47,073 nt of DNA from Bacteroidaceae bacterium (GCA_017467745.1 JAFUKV010000147.1:1-47073); one strand, 5' to 3'. Positions 9,401-19,221 are shown, counted from the stretch's first letter. Numbers and translations: made by a program. The notes: generated from the letters alone by a model not told the origin.

Positions 9401-9408
9401 TATATTTG
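9401..9408 (+). promoter_or_regulatory. Candidate -7 box (TATATTTG) for the trx pair
   Basis: Matches TAnnTTTG and lies 40 nt upstream of the trxA ATG at 9448. Confidence 0.35.
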
Positions 9409-9447
9409 CATTTATATATTTCGATTGTATAACTAAACGTATTTATT

Positions 9448-9744
9448 ATGAAAGACTTTAATACGATAATTGCTTCCGAGAAACCTGTACTGGTCGACTT
9501 CTTCGCTGAATGGTGCGGACCTTGCAAGATGATGAAACCTATTTTAGAAGAATTAAAAGGGATGATTAAAGACGATGCCCAAATCATAAAAATAGATGTA
9601 GATAAACATCAGGAATTGGCCGTACAATATGGCATACAATCAGTGCCGACTCTCATGATTTTCAAAAAAGGAGAAATGTTATGGAGGCAATCGGGTGTAA
9701 TGCGAGCTCCGATGTTGAAAGAATTAATAGACAATTATAAATAA
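9448..9744 (+). CDS. trxA: Thioredoxin
   Basis: 98 aa with the WCGPC active site and thioredoxin-fold length. Confidence 0.85.
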   Translation: MKDFNTIIASEKPVLVDFFAEWCGPCKMMKPILEELKGMIKDDAQIIKIDVDKHQELAVQYGIQSVPTLMIFKKGEMLWRQSGVMRAPMLKELIDNYK

Positions 9745-9746
9745 GA

Positions 9747-10244
9747 ATGAAAAGCAAAAATATTTACAATAAGTTTTTTATATCTGCATTTATTCTATTC
9801 ATAGCCGTTCTATGTATAGTAACCATACAGGCAAAAAGCCCGTCGACTGATAAACCTTCTAAAAACAATACCGAAAAGGTACAGGTTTTGACTCTTTCTG
9901 ATATGCCTGAATTGATATATGACTATAAAAAAAATCCCGACAAATGGGTATATGAAGGGAAAAAACCTGCTATTATAGACTTTTACGCCGATTGGTGCGG
10001 ACCTTGTAAGAAAATCTCGCCCATTATGAGTAAACTGGCAAAAAAATATCAAGGAAAGATTGTTGTATATAAAGTAAATGTCGACACAGAAAAAGAGTTA
10101 GCCGCTATGTTCGGCATAAGAAGCATCCCCACTCTTGTCTACCTGCCTATGCAGGGAAAACCATTTCAATCGGTCGGTGTAATGCCTGATACGGAAAATC
10201 ATCTTGAAAAATTAATAACAGATTCTCTCTTAGTAACAAAATAA
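9747..10244 (+). CDS. Exported or membrane-anchored thioredoxin-family protein
   Basis: 165 aa with an N-terminal hydrophobic anchor (FFISAFILFIAVLCIVTI) followed by a thioredoxin fold with WCGPC. It starts 2 nt after the trxA stop. Confidence 0.75.
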   Translation: MKSKNIYNKFFISAFILFIAVLCIVTIQAKSPSTDKPSKNNTEKVQVLTLSDMPELIYDYKKNPDKWVYEGKKPAIIDFYADWCGPCKKISPIMSKLAKKYQGKIVVYKVNVDTEKELAAMFGIRSIPTLVYLPMQGKPFQSVGVMPDTENHLEKLITDSLLVTK

Positions 10245-10263
10245 AAAGAATAACAATTCATGG

Positions 10264-10299
10264 AAACGGATGTCTTGCAAACAAGCACATCCGTTTTTT
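10264..10299 (+). terminator. Rho-independent terminator after the trx pair
   Basis: aaacggatgt...acatccgttt stem, extended by an inner cttg/caag pairing, followed by TTTTTT. Confidence 0.7.
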
Positions 10300-10333
10300 C
10301 GTCTCATGCAACCGCATAAATCAGAATATTAAT

Positions 10334-10341
10334 TACCTTTG
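10334..10341 (+). promoter_or_regulatory. Candidate -7 box (TACCTTTG) for the chrA pair
   Basis: Matches TAnnTTTG and lies 22 nt upstream of the ATG at 10363. Confidence 0.35.
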
Positions 10342-10362
10342 CGGGTCGAAATTTCATTTTTT

Positions 10363-10911
10363 ATGAATCTGTACATCACCTTATTTTCCAGTTTCTTTAA
10401 GATCGGAGCTTTCACCTTCGGCGGGGGGTGGGCTATGATACCTATTATAGAAAAAGAAGTGGTAGACAAATATAACTGGTTATCGAAAGAAGAGTTTTTA
10501 GACGCATTAGCCGTAGCTCAGTCTTTGCCGGGTATATTGGCGGTAAATATGTCTATTTTGGTAGGAAACAAGTTAAGAGGTACACGTGGAAGCATTATCG
10601 CCACGCTGGGGACCGTAGCTCCTTCTTTTATTTTAATACTGCTTATCGCAATATTTTTTTCTAAATTTACAGACAATCCCATTGTAGAACGCATATTTAA
10701 AGGAATACGTCCGGCGGTTGTCGCATTAATCGTAGCACCAGTATTAAGCACTGCCAAATCAGCCCGCATTACATGGCGAAACTGCTGGATTCCAATATCA
10801 GGAGCACTGCTTATCTGGCAATTAGGCGTATCTCCCATTATTTTAATTTTAGCAGGAGCCATAGGTGGAATTATCTATTACAAATACATAGAACATCGTA
10901 TACACAACTAA
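10363..10911 (+). CDS. chrA: Chromate transporter family protein (short-chain CHR, first half of a pair)
   Basis: FKIGAFTFGGGWAMIPIIEKEVV is the CHR-family signature. The ATG at 10363 is preferred over the TTG at 10339. Confidence 0.8.
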   Translation: MNLYITLFSSFFKIGAFTFGGGWAMIPIIEKEVVDKYNWLSKEEFLDALAVAQSLPGILAVNMSILVGNKLRGTRGSIIATLGTVAPSFILILLIAIFFSKFTDNPIVERIFKGIRPAVVALIVAPVLSTAKSARITWRNCWIPISGALLIWQLGVSPIILILAGAIGGIIYYKYIEHRIHN

Positions 10912-10926
10912 AAACACGGCATACTT

Positions 10927-11451
10927 ATGATATATCTTCAACTATTATGGGTTTATTTAAAAATAGGTCTCTTCGGTTTCGGAGGAGGATATGCCATGCT
11001 ATCTCTTATTCAGTATGAGGTAGTAGAACATCATCAATGGTTGACATCGCAAGAATTTACCGACATCGTAGCCGTATCGCAAATGACGCCCGGCCCTATC
11101 GGTATCAACAGCGCCACTTACATCGGATACGTTACAACGGGGTCGATATGGGGATCCGTTTTAGCCACAACGGCTGTTTGCTTACCGTCATTTATATTGG
11201 TATTATTGGTAAGCAAGTTCTTATTGAAAAACCATAATAATCCTTATATTAAAAGCATTTTCTCGGGATTGCGGCCTGTGGTTGTAGGATTAATAGCTTC
11301 GGCGGCATTGTTACTGATGAATAAAGAAAACTTTGCCGACTATCGCGCTATTATTATCGCCGTACTCTCTCTTATACTGGTTAGAAAAACAAAGATACAT
11401 CCCATTTGGGTAATTGTTATGGCCGGATTTACCGGATATTTCATCTACTAA
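10927..11451 (+). CDS. chrA: Chromate transporter family protein (short-chain CHR, second half of a pair)
   Basis: LKIGLFGFGGGYAMLSLIQYEVV is a second CHR signature. The protein is 174 aa and polytopic. Confidence 0.8.
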   Translation: MIYLQLLWVYLKIGLFGFGGGYAMLSLIQYEVVEHHQWLTSQEFTDIVAVSQMTPGPIGINSATYIGYVTTGSIWGSVLATTAVCLPSFILVLLVSKFLLKNHNNPYIKSIFSGLRPVVVGLIASAALLLMNKENFADYRAIIIAVLSLILVRKTKIHPIWVIVMAGFTGYFIY

Positions 11452-12395
11452 CGACTTTTTCGCCAAGACCAATCATCCAAAGAAAAAGATGACTCTACCT
11501 GTTTTTCTATGTCATCGGGCAGTGTAGCGAAAAAGTCCAGTCCAGTTACAGACTCTACGCTATCTATCGATACGGCAAAAGAATTTATCGGTTTAGATGT
11601 ATCGCTATTCTTGAATATAAACCCGATTCCACGCGGACGGTCGTCATACGGCACTAATACCACTTTGAAAAAAGATGAGGGAACCACCACTCCTGATTTT
11701 CCTATTTTTTTCTGTTTTCTTGACGGTTTCACTATCGGTCCGCAGACAACAATTACCGCACTATCTTTTTTCGCCCACAAACGTATTTGTTCTTCAAGCA
11801 AGCGCCATGCGCCACTATTCAAATTAGGATTTTGAGGACATATATTACTGAAATAAAACGATTCTTGCATTGCCTGTTTATCCCATGTCATATCGGCTGC
11901 CGGCGCCATATGTCCCCTATCGAACCCCGAACGCCGATAATCGGCGTTTCCCGCCGACTTTCCTTTTACCTGCGGATCAGGAACAAAATTATCATCTCGT
12001 TTTACACCTCCGTCCAACTCGCTGCGAAGCAATTCATATCCCACCCAGTTCGGTATCTTCCACTCCGAATTATACGAAACCGTATATCCCTTATGCCGAA
12101 TAAGCTGTTCTTTCTTTTTCGATACGCTACGCGGCACTTCGATATTTTTATAAGGATGCTTTATCGCTTTTTTTGTTTCATAGGCAGATACCCGCTTCGA
12201 AGATACATTCCCTACGCCCTTATCCGTTTTCATTCCGCCCTGAGGCATATCTATCACAGTTTCGGTTTTTTGATACTGCATTATTTGCAATACGCCATAC
12301 AATACGAACGAAACAAATACCGCAAAAAGGAATATCAAAACCAACGATTTAAAACCGGAACGCGGTCGAGTCTTTTTCTTTTTTCTCTTTACCAT
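11448..12395 (-). CDS. DNA/RNA non-specific endonuclease (beta-beta-alpha-Me, Serratia NucA family), membrane-anchored
   Basis: DRGHMAPAADM catalytic motif, a basic N-terminus plus TM helix (KKKKTRPRSGFKSLVLIFLFAVFVSFVLYGVL), and a downstream NICPQN segment. Confidence 0.85.
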   Translation of the reverse strand: MVKRKKKKTRPRSGFKSLVLIFLFAVFVSFVLYGVLQIMQYQKTETVIDMPQGGMKTDKGVGNVSSKRVSAYETKKAIKHPYKNIEVPRSVSKKKEQLIRHKGYTVSYNSEWKIPNWVGYELLRSELDGGVKRDDNFVPDPQVKGKSAGNADYRRSGFDRGHMAPAADMTWDKQAMQESFYFSNICPQNPNLNSGAWRLLEEQIRLWAKKDSAVIVVCGPIVKPSRKQKKIGKSGVVVPSSFFKVVLVPYDDRPRGIGFIFKNSDTSKPINSFAVSIDSVESVTGLDFFATLPDDIEKQVESSFSLDDWSWRKSR

Positions 12396-12448
12396 AAGAA
12401 AATAAATTATTCCGAATCAATCTTCATGCAAATGTATGTAAAAAGTTT

Positions 12449-12456
12449 TATCTTTG
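12449..12456 (+). promoter_or_regulatory. Candidate -7 box (TATCTTTG) for pepT-gcvT
   Basis: Matches TAnnTTTG and lies 64 nt upstream of the pepT ATG. Confidence 0.3.
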
Positions 12457-12519
12457 TTTGAGTTTTCAGAAGCTGTTTTGAATACGGCAAATTAATTTCA
12501 AACCTTAATATTTACATCT

Positions 12520-13740
12520 ATGAATGTAGTAGACAGATTTCTTAGCTACACTAAGTTTGATACGCAATCGGACGAACTGACCAATATGACGCCCAGCACT
12601 CCGGGCCAAATGATTTTCGCCCAAGCCTTACAAAAAGAATTGGGTCAAATAGGAATGACCGAAATATCGTTAGACGAAAACGGTTATTTGATGGCCTCGC
12701 TACCGGCAAATACAAATAAAGAAGTCCCTGTTATCGGTTTTATAGCGCACTTGGATACAAGTCCGGATTTAAGCGGGCACAATGTTTCCCCCCGTATTGT
12801 AAAGAACTACGACGGAGGCTACATCACTCTCTGCGCAGAAGAAAACACGGTGCTCTCTCCCGAAGATTTTCCGGAATTGAAAAAATACATAGGAGAAGAC
12901 TTGATTGTTACAAACGGAAAAACGCTTTTAGGTGCTGATGACAAAGCGGGAATAGCCGAAATAATCTCGGCTATGGATTATTTAATACAGCATCCCGAAA
13001 TTAAGCATGGAAAAATAAGAATCGCTTTCACACCGGACGAAGAAATTGGAAAAGGCGCACATAAATTCAATGTAAAAAATTTCGGAGCAAAATGGGCTTA
13101 CACCCTTGATGGCGGAGAAATAGGTGAATTAGAATATGAAAATTTCAATGCCGCTATCGCCAAAATAACATTCAAAGGCAGAAACGTACATCCCGGATAC
13201 GCCAAACATAAAATGATAAACTCTATCCGTATAGCCAACCAATACGCCATTATGCTGCCACGTTGGGAAACGCCCGAACACACAGAAGGATACGAAGGCT
13301 TTTATCATTTAATAGGGTTTGAAGGCTCGGTTGAAAAAACGGTATTGACTTATATTATCCGCGACCACGACCGCGACCGCTTTGAACGGCGTAAAAAAGA
13401 ATTGGAACATTTGAGCAGAAAAATCAACCATGAGTTCCCCGATTGCGCCAGCATAGAAATAACAGACCAATACTATAATATGCGTGAAATGGTAGAACCG
13501 GTAATGCACATTGTAGATACGGCTGCGGAAGCAATGAAAGAAGCGGGAATCGTTCCGAACGTTCGTCCTGTACGAGGCGGTACGGACGGCGCTCAATTAT
13601 CTTTCAAAGGACTTCCTTGTCCCAATATTTTTGCCGGAGGACACAATTTTCACGGAAGATACGAATTCATTCCTATCAACTCCATGAACAAAGCAACGGA
13701 TGTAATAGTAAACATCGCAAAAATAACAGCACAAAAATAA
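12520..13740 (+). CDS. pepT: Peptidase T (tripeptide aminopeptidase, M20B)
   Basis: N-terminus [19 protein letters not shown], metal ligands AHLDT and [10 protein letters not shown], and a PDEEIG segment. Confidence 0.9.
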   Translation: MNVVDRFLSYTKFDTQSDELTNMTPSTPGQMIFAQALQKELGQIGMTEISLDENGYLMASLPANTNKEVPVIGFIAHLDTSPDLSGHNVSPRIVKNYDGGYITLCAEENTVLSPEDFPELKKYIGEDLIVTNGKTLLGADDKAGIAEIISAMDYLIQHPEIKHGKIRIAFTPDEEIGKGAHKFNVKNFGAKWAYTLDGGEIGELEYENFNAAIAKITFKGRNVHPGYAKHKMINSIRIANQYAIMLPRWETPEHTEGYEGFYHLIGFEGSVEKTVLTYIIRDHDRDRFERRKKELEHLSRKINHEFPDCASIEITDQYYNMREMVEPVMHIVDTAAEAMKEAGIVPNVRPVRGGTDGAQLSFKGLPCPNIFAGGHNFHGRYEFIPINSMNKATDVIVNIAKITAQK

Positions 13741-13764
13741 TTTAATACCCAACCCAAAATAGTT

Positions 13765-14850
13765 ATGAAAACAACACCTTTTACAGAAAAACACATCGCC
13801 TTAGGCGCAAAAATGCACGAATTTGCAGGATATAACATGCCCATAGAATATTCCGGCATTATAGACGAACATCTTTCCGTTGTTTCCGGTGCAGGCGTTT
13901 TCGATGTTTCTCACATGGGAGAATTCTGGGTAACAGGCGATAAAGCCTTAGAGTTTCTGCAACACGTTACATCAAACGATGTTAGCAAACTTCCCTTAGG
14001 AAAGGCTCAATACTCCTGTTTCCCAAACGAGCAGGGTGGAATTGTAGATGACCTATTGGTATATCACATAGATCATCAAAAGTATTTATTGGTAGTAAAC
14101 GCTTCCAATATCGAAAAAGACTGGAATTGGTGTAATGCCCACAACTCAATAGGCGCCACATTGGAAAATGCGTCAGACCAAACCGCGCAATTGGCCATAC
14201 AGGGACCCAAAGCCTCTGCAATCCTGCAAAAACTGACATCTTCAACTCTCGATAAAATTCCATATTACGCATTTGAAATAGGTGAATTTGCAGGTTGCAA
14301 ACAGGTTATCATTTCCAATACCGGATATACCGGAGCCGGAGGTTTTGAACTTTATTTTTCTCCAAATGACGCCGATACCATTTGGCGTGCTATTTTCGAG
14401 GCCGGAAAAGAAGAAGGTATTAAACCTATCGGATTAGGCGCACGAGATACATTGAGATTAGAAATGGGATACTGTTTATACGGTAACGACTTAAACGACA
14501 CGACATCTCCCCTTGAAGCCGGGTTAGGATGGATTACCAAATTCGCCGATAATAAAAATTTTGTTGGTAGAGAAATACTCGAACAACAAAAAGCAACCGG
14601 TATCAGTAGAAAACTTTGCGCATTCAAATTAAAAGAACGAGGTATCCCTCGACATGGATATGAAATAGCCGACAGCCTGAACAATACTATCGGAACTGTT
14701 ACTTCCGGTACAATGTCGCCTACAACCAAAGAAGGTATCGGGCTGGGATATGTGACACCGGAATCGGCCGTTATAGGTTCTGAGATATTTATTCGTATCC
14801 GAAATAAAAATATCGCAGCGGAAGTGGTAAAACTTCCTTTCCGTAAATAA
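13765..14850 (+). CDS. gcvT: Glycine cleavage system aminomethyltransferase (T protein)
   Basis: 361 aa with [29 protein letters not shown] and [17 protein letters not shown] signatures. Confidence 0.9.
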   Translation: MKTTPFTEKHIALGAKMHEFAGYNMPIEYSGIIDEHLSVVSGAGVFDVSHMGEFWVTGDKALEFLQHVTSNDVSKLPLGKAQYSCFPNEQGGIVDDLLVYHIDHQKYLLVVNASNIEKDWNWCNAHNSIGATLENASDQTAQLAIQGPKASAILQKLTSSTLDKIPYYAFEIGEFAGCKQVIISNTGYTGAGGFELYFSPNDADTIWRAIFEAGKEEGIKPIGLGARDTLRLEMGYCLYGNDLNDTTSPLEAGLGWITKFADNKNFVGREILEQQKATGISRKLCAFKLKERGIPRHGYEIADSLNNTIGTVTSGTMSPTTKEGIGLGYVTPESAVIGSEIFIRIRNKNIAAEVVKLPFRK

Positions 14851-14870
14851 TAAAAAATCATTTTCTAAAT

Positions 14871-14901
14871 AAATGTCCGGACATAAATCATCCGGACATT
14901 T
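14871..14901 (+). terminator. Hairpin downstream of gcvT (weak terminator)
   Basis: aaatgtccgga / cataaatca / tccggacattt is an 11-bp perfect stem. The following T-run is weak (ATTCAAGTT). Confidence 0.4.
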
Positions 14902-15263
14902 ATTCAAGTTAGAAAATTTTTTATGGGTTTAGATATTCTGATTTATAACAATGACGGAATGTGTTCGAATAAGTCCGAAATTGGCGAAAACCAGCATTAT
15001 GGGTTATTTAATCTCGCCAATTTAGATAAGGGACGTTTCCGAACTATTTTTCGTATGCAAGATTACTATAAAACAAATGTGTAACTTCCAGAATTAAAGA
15101 AAGAATAATAAATTGTATAAATCCTCAAAATATATCTAAGATAAGAATTACCGGAGATTAATTGAGTTACCGACGAAGCAGGATAACGAACAAGCCGTTT
15201 TTTCCTACGAACCGATACTCCTTATCTCCTTACCCAAATACCTATTTTCTTTTCTATAATAGA

Positions 15264-16196
15264 ATGATAAAAGAGAATACGCTTATTGTACTTATAGGGC
15301 CTACCGGCATAGGAAAAACAGAACTTAGCCTGCAAATTGCAGAAAAGTATAAAACGGAAATTATTTCATCAGACAGCCGACAAATTTATCGCGACCTACC
15401 CATAGGCACAGCTGCACCTACTCCCGACCAGTTGAAACGGGTTAAACACCACTTTATCGGTACTTTGTCTTTAAACCAGTATTACAGCGCAGCATGCTTT
15501 GAAGAAGAAGTTATAAACCTTCTCCCGCAGTTATTCGCCACTCACAAACAAGTTGTTATGGCCGGAGGCTCTATGATGTATGTAGATGCAGTATGCAAAG
15601 GCATAGACGAGCTGCCCACCATAGATAATGATACCAGAAACAGCGTATTGGAGAAATACCAACAGGAAGGCTTGGAAGCTATCCGCGCCGAATTAAAGCT
15701 ATTAGACCCCTCATATTACAAACAAGTAGACCTAAAAAATCACAAACGCATTATACACGCAATAGAAATATGCAGAATTACCGGACAACCATACTCATCG
15801 CTAAGAACGCAACAAAAAAAAGAGAGGCCGTTCCGCATCCTGAAAATAGGGCTACAACGAGAAAGAGAAGAGCTGTTCAACCGCATTAACAGCAGGGTGG
15901 AAATAATGATGGCGGAAGGTTGGCTGGGCGAGGCAAAAAAGGTATATCCGTTTCGCCATTTGAATTCACTAAATACCGTAGGGTATAAAGAACTTTTTCA
16001 ATATTTAGACGGCACTATGTCTCTAACAGAGGCTATTGAAAAGATAAAACGAAATACCCGTGTCTACGCAAAAAAACAAATAACATGGTTTAAAAAAGAC
16101 AACAGTATTAAATGGTTTCATCCGGAACAAACAAATGAAATATTTTCTTACATCGAACAAGAACTTAACCATACCTGCCCGAATAATAATATATAA
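15264..16196 (+). CDS. miaA: tRNA dimethylallyltransferase
   Basis: P-loop [13 protein letters not shown] and [18 protein letters not shown] prefer the ATG at 15264 because the track start at 15162 is a TTG with a non-homologous extension. Confidence 0.9.
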   Translation: MIKENTLIVLIGPTGIGKTELSLQIAEKYKTEIISSDSRQIYRDLPIGTAAPTPDQLKRVKHHFIGTLSLNQYYSAACFEEEVINLLPQLFATHKQVVMAGGSMMYVDAVCKGIDELPTIDNDTRNSVLEKYQQEGLEAIRAELKLLDPSYYKQVDLKNHKRIIHAIEICRITGQPYSSLRTQQKKERPFRILKIGLQREREELFNRINSRVEIMMAEGWLGEAKKVYPFRHLNSLNTVGYKELFQYLDGTMSLTEAIEKIKRNTRVYAKKQITWFKKDNSIKWFHPEQTNEIFSYIEQELNHTCPNNNI

Positions 16197-16231
16197 AACC
16201 CCAATATTTTTCTAAATATACCGTTATAGAT

Positions 16232-16270
16232 AAAAAAACAACTGCTTTTTGAAAAAGCAGTTGTTTTTTT
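16232..16270. terminator. Bidirectional rho-independent terminator between convergent miaA and secG
   Basis: Near-perfect 19-nt palindromic arms aaaaaaacaactgcttttt / aaaaagcagttgttttttt, with T-runs on both strands. Confidence 0.75.
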
Positions 16271-16294
16271 GTTAACTAATCTGTTTTCTGAAAA

Positions 16295-16651
16295 TTATTT
16301 TTCCGAATTGTCTTGGACATCGGGAACCGCATTTTCTCCGGCATCAAAACCGGGAGCAGCCAATGTCGGGTCAGACATTGTTCTTTGAACAGCAGTACCT
16401 ATCTCCGATTGACCTGTCGTTTCATTCTTATTAGGGAGAAATGCCGTAGCAATTACACTTAAAACCAACACAATACCGGCAAGAGTCCATGTTGCTTTTT
16501 CAAGAAAATCGGTAGTCTTACGTACTCCCATAATCTGATTCGATGAGGAGAAACCTGATGCCAAGCCTCCTCCTTTTGAATTCTGAACCAAAACGATAAG
16601 TATCAGAAGAACGGAAGCAATCAAAACCAAAATACTAATAAATATGTACAT
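16295..16651 (-). CDS. secG: Preprotein translocase subunit SecG
   Basis: 118 aa. LILIVLVQNSKGGGLASGF is the SecG signature, followed by a second TM helix. Confidence 0.85.
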   Translation of the reverse strand: MYIFISILVLIASVLLILIVLVQNSKGGGLASGFSSSNQIMGVRKTTDFLEKATWTLAGIVLVLSVIATAFLPNKNETTGQSEIGTAVQRTMSDPTLAAPGFDAGENAVPDVQDNSEK

Positions 16652-16654
16652 TTT

Positions 16655-17416
16655 TTATTTGGAATTTATGTTAATAATCAATTTTCGTAAAAATCTAATC
16701 TGGTCTGCAAAGTAAATATTTTTTTCCGGATATATCAAACTTAATTTTTGAATTATTTCCAACGCCTCTTCATATCTATGCTGTTTTATATAATTTCGGG
16801 CAAGATTCTCTGACAAAGGCTCTTCTTGCAATTTTTTTTGATGATGATCCGTTGAAACAACTGGCTCAGAAACTGGCTCATCATTCAACTTAAACGGTTT
16901 ATCCCGCAATGCTGTCTCTTCCATGAATCGGTCTATCAATTCATCTTGATACGATTTGGGAGGTTGTTTAACCTGCTCATCGGCAGACAAAGAAACCGAT
17001 TTCATCTTTGTCAGATACCCGTAATCAATAATAGGAACAAAATCACAAGAAGAGGTGTCTTCTTGTTCCGTCTGTTTTTTCTTATCTACACGATACGCTT
17101 CTAAAAATGAATCGATCATATCGACAGCATCCTTCTCCTCAGCACGTTCTGCATTGTTTTTTTCATCGCGATTACAAAGTTGCAACCAATCGCAATTTGC
17201 ACTTTCTGCTAAAAAGAATAGACTTTTATTATTCTTAATATGGCAAATATGCTTCGGCAATACCTCCCGATACCGATCCTCATCAATCTTTCTTACCGAC
17301 TTTAAATAAAGTAAATGCGCCGCCTCAAAATAAGGATACTTCTGTAACAACGACTCACATTCGCTAATCGCATGCGCATCTATCAAATCGGGATTTTGAA
17401 TATATTGAGACAACAT
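16655..17416 (-). CDS. Conserved hypothetical protein (TPR-like ends, acidic middle)
   Basis: 253-aa ORF tightly packed between lptE (6-nt gap) and secG (3-nt gap). I recognise no catalytic motif. Confidence 0.5.
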   Translation of the reverse strand: MLSQYIQNPDLIDAHAISECESLLQKYPYFEAAHLLYLKSVRKIDEDRYREVLPKHICHIKNNKSLFFLAESANCDWLQLCNRDEKNNAERAEEKDAVDMIDSFLEAYRVDKKKQTEQEDTSSCDFVPIIDYGYLTKMKSVSLSADEQVKQPPKSYQDELIDRFMEETALRDKPFKLNDEPVSEPVVSTDHHQKKLQEEPLSENLARNYIKQHRYEEALEIIQKLSLIYPEKNIYFADQIRFLRKLIININSK

Positions 17417-17422
17417 AAAAAC

Positions 17423-17923
17423 TTACCAGTTAGCCACAGTAGCATTAAAAATCTGATCTACCAAAGATTCCACAATCTCTGAAATCAGTTCATCTTGTAC
17501 ATCCGTCAACATTTGGGTACTGTCAAAATCCCGATAATCTGAGAATGTCTGAGATTTATCTTGATCGGGATCTTTCGTATTCGTAAAACGGATACTGACA
17601 GAAATCGTAAGTCTTGTTTTCGTTGCATATGCATCTTCACCCACAGCCTGAGGCGAAAGCGCATAATTGGTAATCTCTCCCTCCAACTGTAAATCGCCGT
17701 TACTGCTTACCATATTCAATCGGGTTTGACGGGTAAAAATATCTTTCAACTCTTCATTGAATACAGCTGCCAACGGAGGATATACCAATGCCGCCTTTAT
17801 CGGGAAATTGGCAATAGACATGGTCTTAACTGTAGTATAGTCGATAGAAGCCCCATTAAATTTATAGCTAACAGAACATGCCGACAATACACATATAAGA
17901 GAAAACATTATTAATCTTTTCAT
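17423..17923 (-). CDS. lptE: LptE-family LPS-assembly lipoprotein
   Basis: Lipoprotein signal MKRLIMFSLICVLSAC, about 165 aa, and conserved Bacteroidetes synteny (sigma54 activator-lptE-hyp-secG). The family call is from memory and synteny. Confidence 0.6.
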   Translation of the reverse strand: MKRLIMFSLICVLSACSVSYKFNGASIDYTTVKTMSIANFPIKAALVYPPLAAVFNEELKDIFTRQTRLNMVSSNGDLQLEGEITNYALSPQAVGEDAYATKTRLTISVSIRFTNTKDPDQDKSQTFSDYRDFDSTQMLTDVQDELISEIVESLVDQIFNATVANW

Positions 17924-17958
17924 ATCTGACAAAATTCGCACATTTCAATACTCCGAAA

Positions 17959-19179
17959 TTATTCCAGATTATATTCTTTAATTTTCCGATATAATGTCCG
18001 TTCGGATATTTTCAATTCTTCGGCCGTCTTTTTCCGTTTCCCGCCATTTTTCTCCAAAGCCTTTTTTATCATCTCCCTTTCAGCGTCTTCCAAAGAAAAA
18101 TTCTCTTCAACATATTCATGCTCAGGATGTACCTCTTCGGTTTCACGCTCATCTATATGAAATGTTTTCATTACCGGAGCCGTTACCGTTACCTGAGGCA
18201 TTTGCACATCTGAGGGTGACGCGTAAACATGATGCGGAATATCTGAAAGAGAACCGGACACCAGATTATGTACCACACTTTTCAATTCCGTCAACTCTTT
18301 ACGCATCTCAAAAATAACTTGATAAAGCATCTCCCGTTCATGGGCAAATCCCGCACCATTATCGGCAAGGGCAGGCAAACGCTCTATATCGTATTGAGGC
18401 AGATACAACCGTACAATATCGGATGTTATTTCTCTGGTTGTTTCAATAATGGAAATTTGTTCGGTGATATTTTTCAACTGACGTATATTACCCGGCCATC
18501 GATATTCTAACAGAACTTTTCTTGCATCTTCCGACAATTGTATTGGCGGCATACGGTATTTCTCGGCAAAATCGTTCGAGAACTTCCGGAATAACAACAA
18601 TATATCATCTACACGCTCTCTTAAAGGAGGTACTTGAATAGGGACCGTATTTAAACGATAAAAAAGGTCTTCTCGAAAACGACCGTCCGATATAGCCTTA
18701 ATCATATTCAAATTCGTGGCGGCAACAATCCGGACATTTGTCTTTAATACTTTCGATGATCCTACTTTTATAAACTCACCCGTTTCAAGCACACGCAACA
18801 AGCGAGCCTGAGTAGTCAACGGCAATTCTCCTACCTCATCTAAAAAGATAGTGCCGCCGTCCGCTTCTTCAAAATACCCTTTTCTATCAGACAACGCACC
18901 GGTAAAAGAGCCTTTTTCATGCCCAAACAACTCCGAATCGATAGTCCCTTCGGGAATAGCGCCGCAGTTTACCGCAATATACCGCCCATGCTTACGACGG
19001 CTACTTTGATGGATTATTTGCGGAAAAAATTCTTTACCTGTGCCACTCTCTCCGGTAATCAATACAGATAAATCGGTAGGCGCTACCTGCAATGCGATAT
19101 CGACAGCCCGAATCAAATCCGGCGAATTACCGATAATCCCAAAGCGCTGTTTTACTTGCTGAATTTCTTCTTTTATCAT
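17959..19179 (-). CDS. Sigma-54-dependent transcriptional activator (AAA+ plus Fis-type HTH, no N-terminal sensor or receiver domain)
   Basis: Walker A GESGTGKE at residues ~43-50, a GAFTGA-loop variant (GSFTGA), Walker B (IFLDEVGEL) and a C-terminal HTH (TAEELKISERTLYRKIKEY). Confidence 0.85.
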   Translation of the reverse strand: MIKEEIQQVKQRFGIIGNSPDLIRAVDIALQVAPTDLSVLITGESGTGKEFFPQIIHQSSRRKHGRYIAVNCGAIPEGTIDSELFGHEKGSFTGALSDRKGYFEEADGGTIFLDEVGELPLTTQARLLRVLETGEFIKVGSSKVLKTNVRIVAATNLNMIKAISDGRFREDLFYRLNTVPIQVPPLRERVDDILLLFRKFSNDFAEKYRMPPIQLSEDARKVLLEYRWPGNIRQLKNITEQISIIETTREITSDIVRLYLPQYDIERLPALADNGAGFAHEREMLYQVIFEMRKELTELKSVVHNLVSGSLSDIPHHVYASPSDVQMPQVTVTAPVMKTFHIDERETEEVHPEHEYVEENFSLEDAEREMIKKALEKNGGKRKKTAEELKISERTLYRKIKEYNLE

Positions 19180-19221
19180 CCGATCCTCAAATTTTTAATA
19201 TCTCCGAGATATACCCAAAAA

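Noticed and set aside
11787-12461. 224-aa plus-strand ORF (and 11509-11835, 11870-12103)
   Set aside because: These lie antisense to the DRGH endonuclease gene. They are rich in R/I/F/Y, as expected from the reverse frame of an AT-rich gene, and have no motif.
14352-14907. 169-aa and 92-aa minus-strand ORFs
   Set aside because: They lie antisense to the well-supported gcvT and are shadow ORFs.
15162-15263. N-terminal extensions offered by the ORF track (miaA 15162, cysQ 7372, cysC 5003, cysD 4399, chrA 10339, Crp 39293, lptE 17941)
   Set aside because: Most use TTG or GTG starts, and cysD 4399 is an ATG that would overlap cysC. All add residues that do not match the conserved family N-termini. 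Internal ATGs give canonical N-termini and sensible intergenic spacing.
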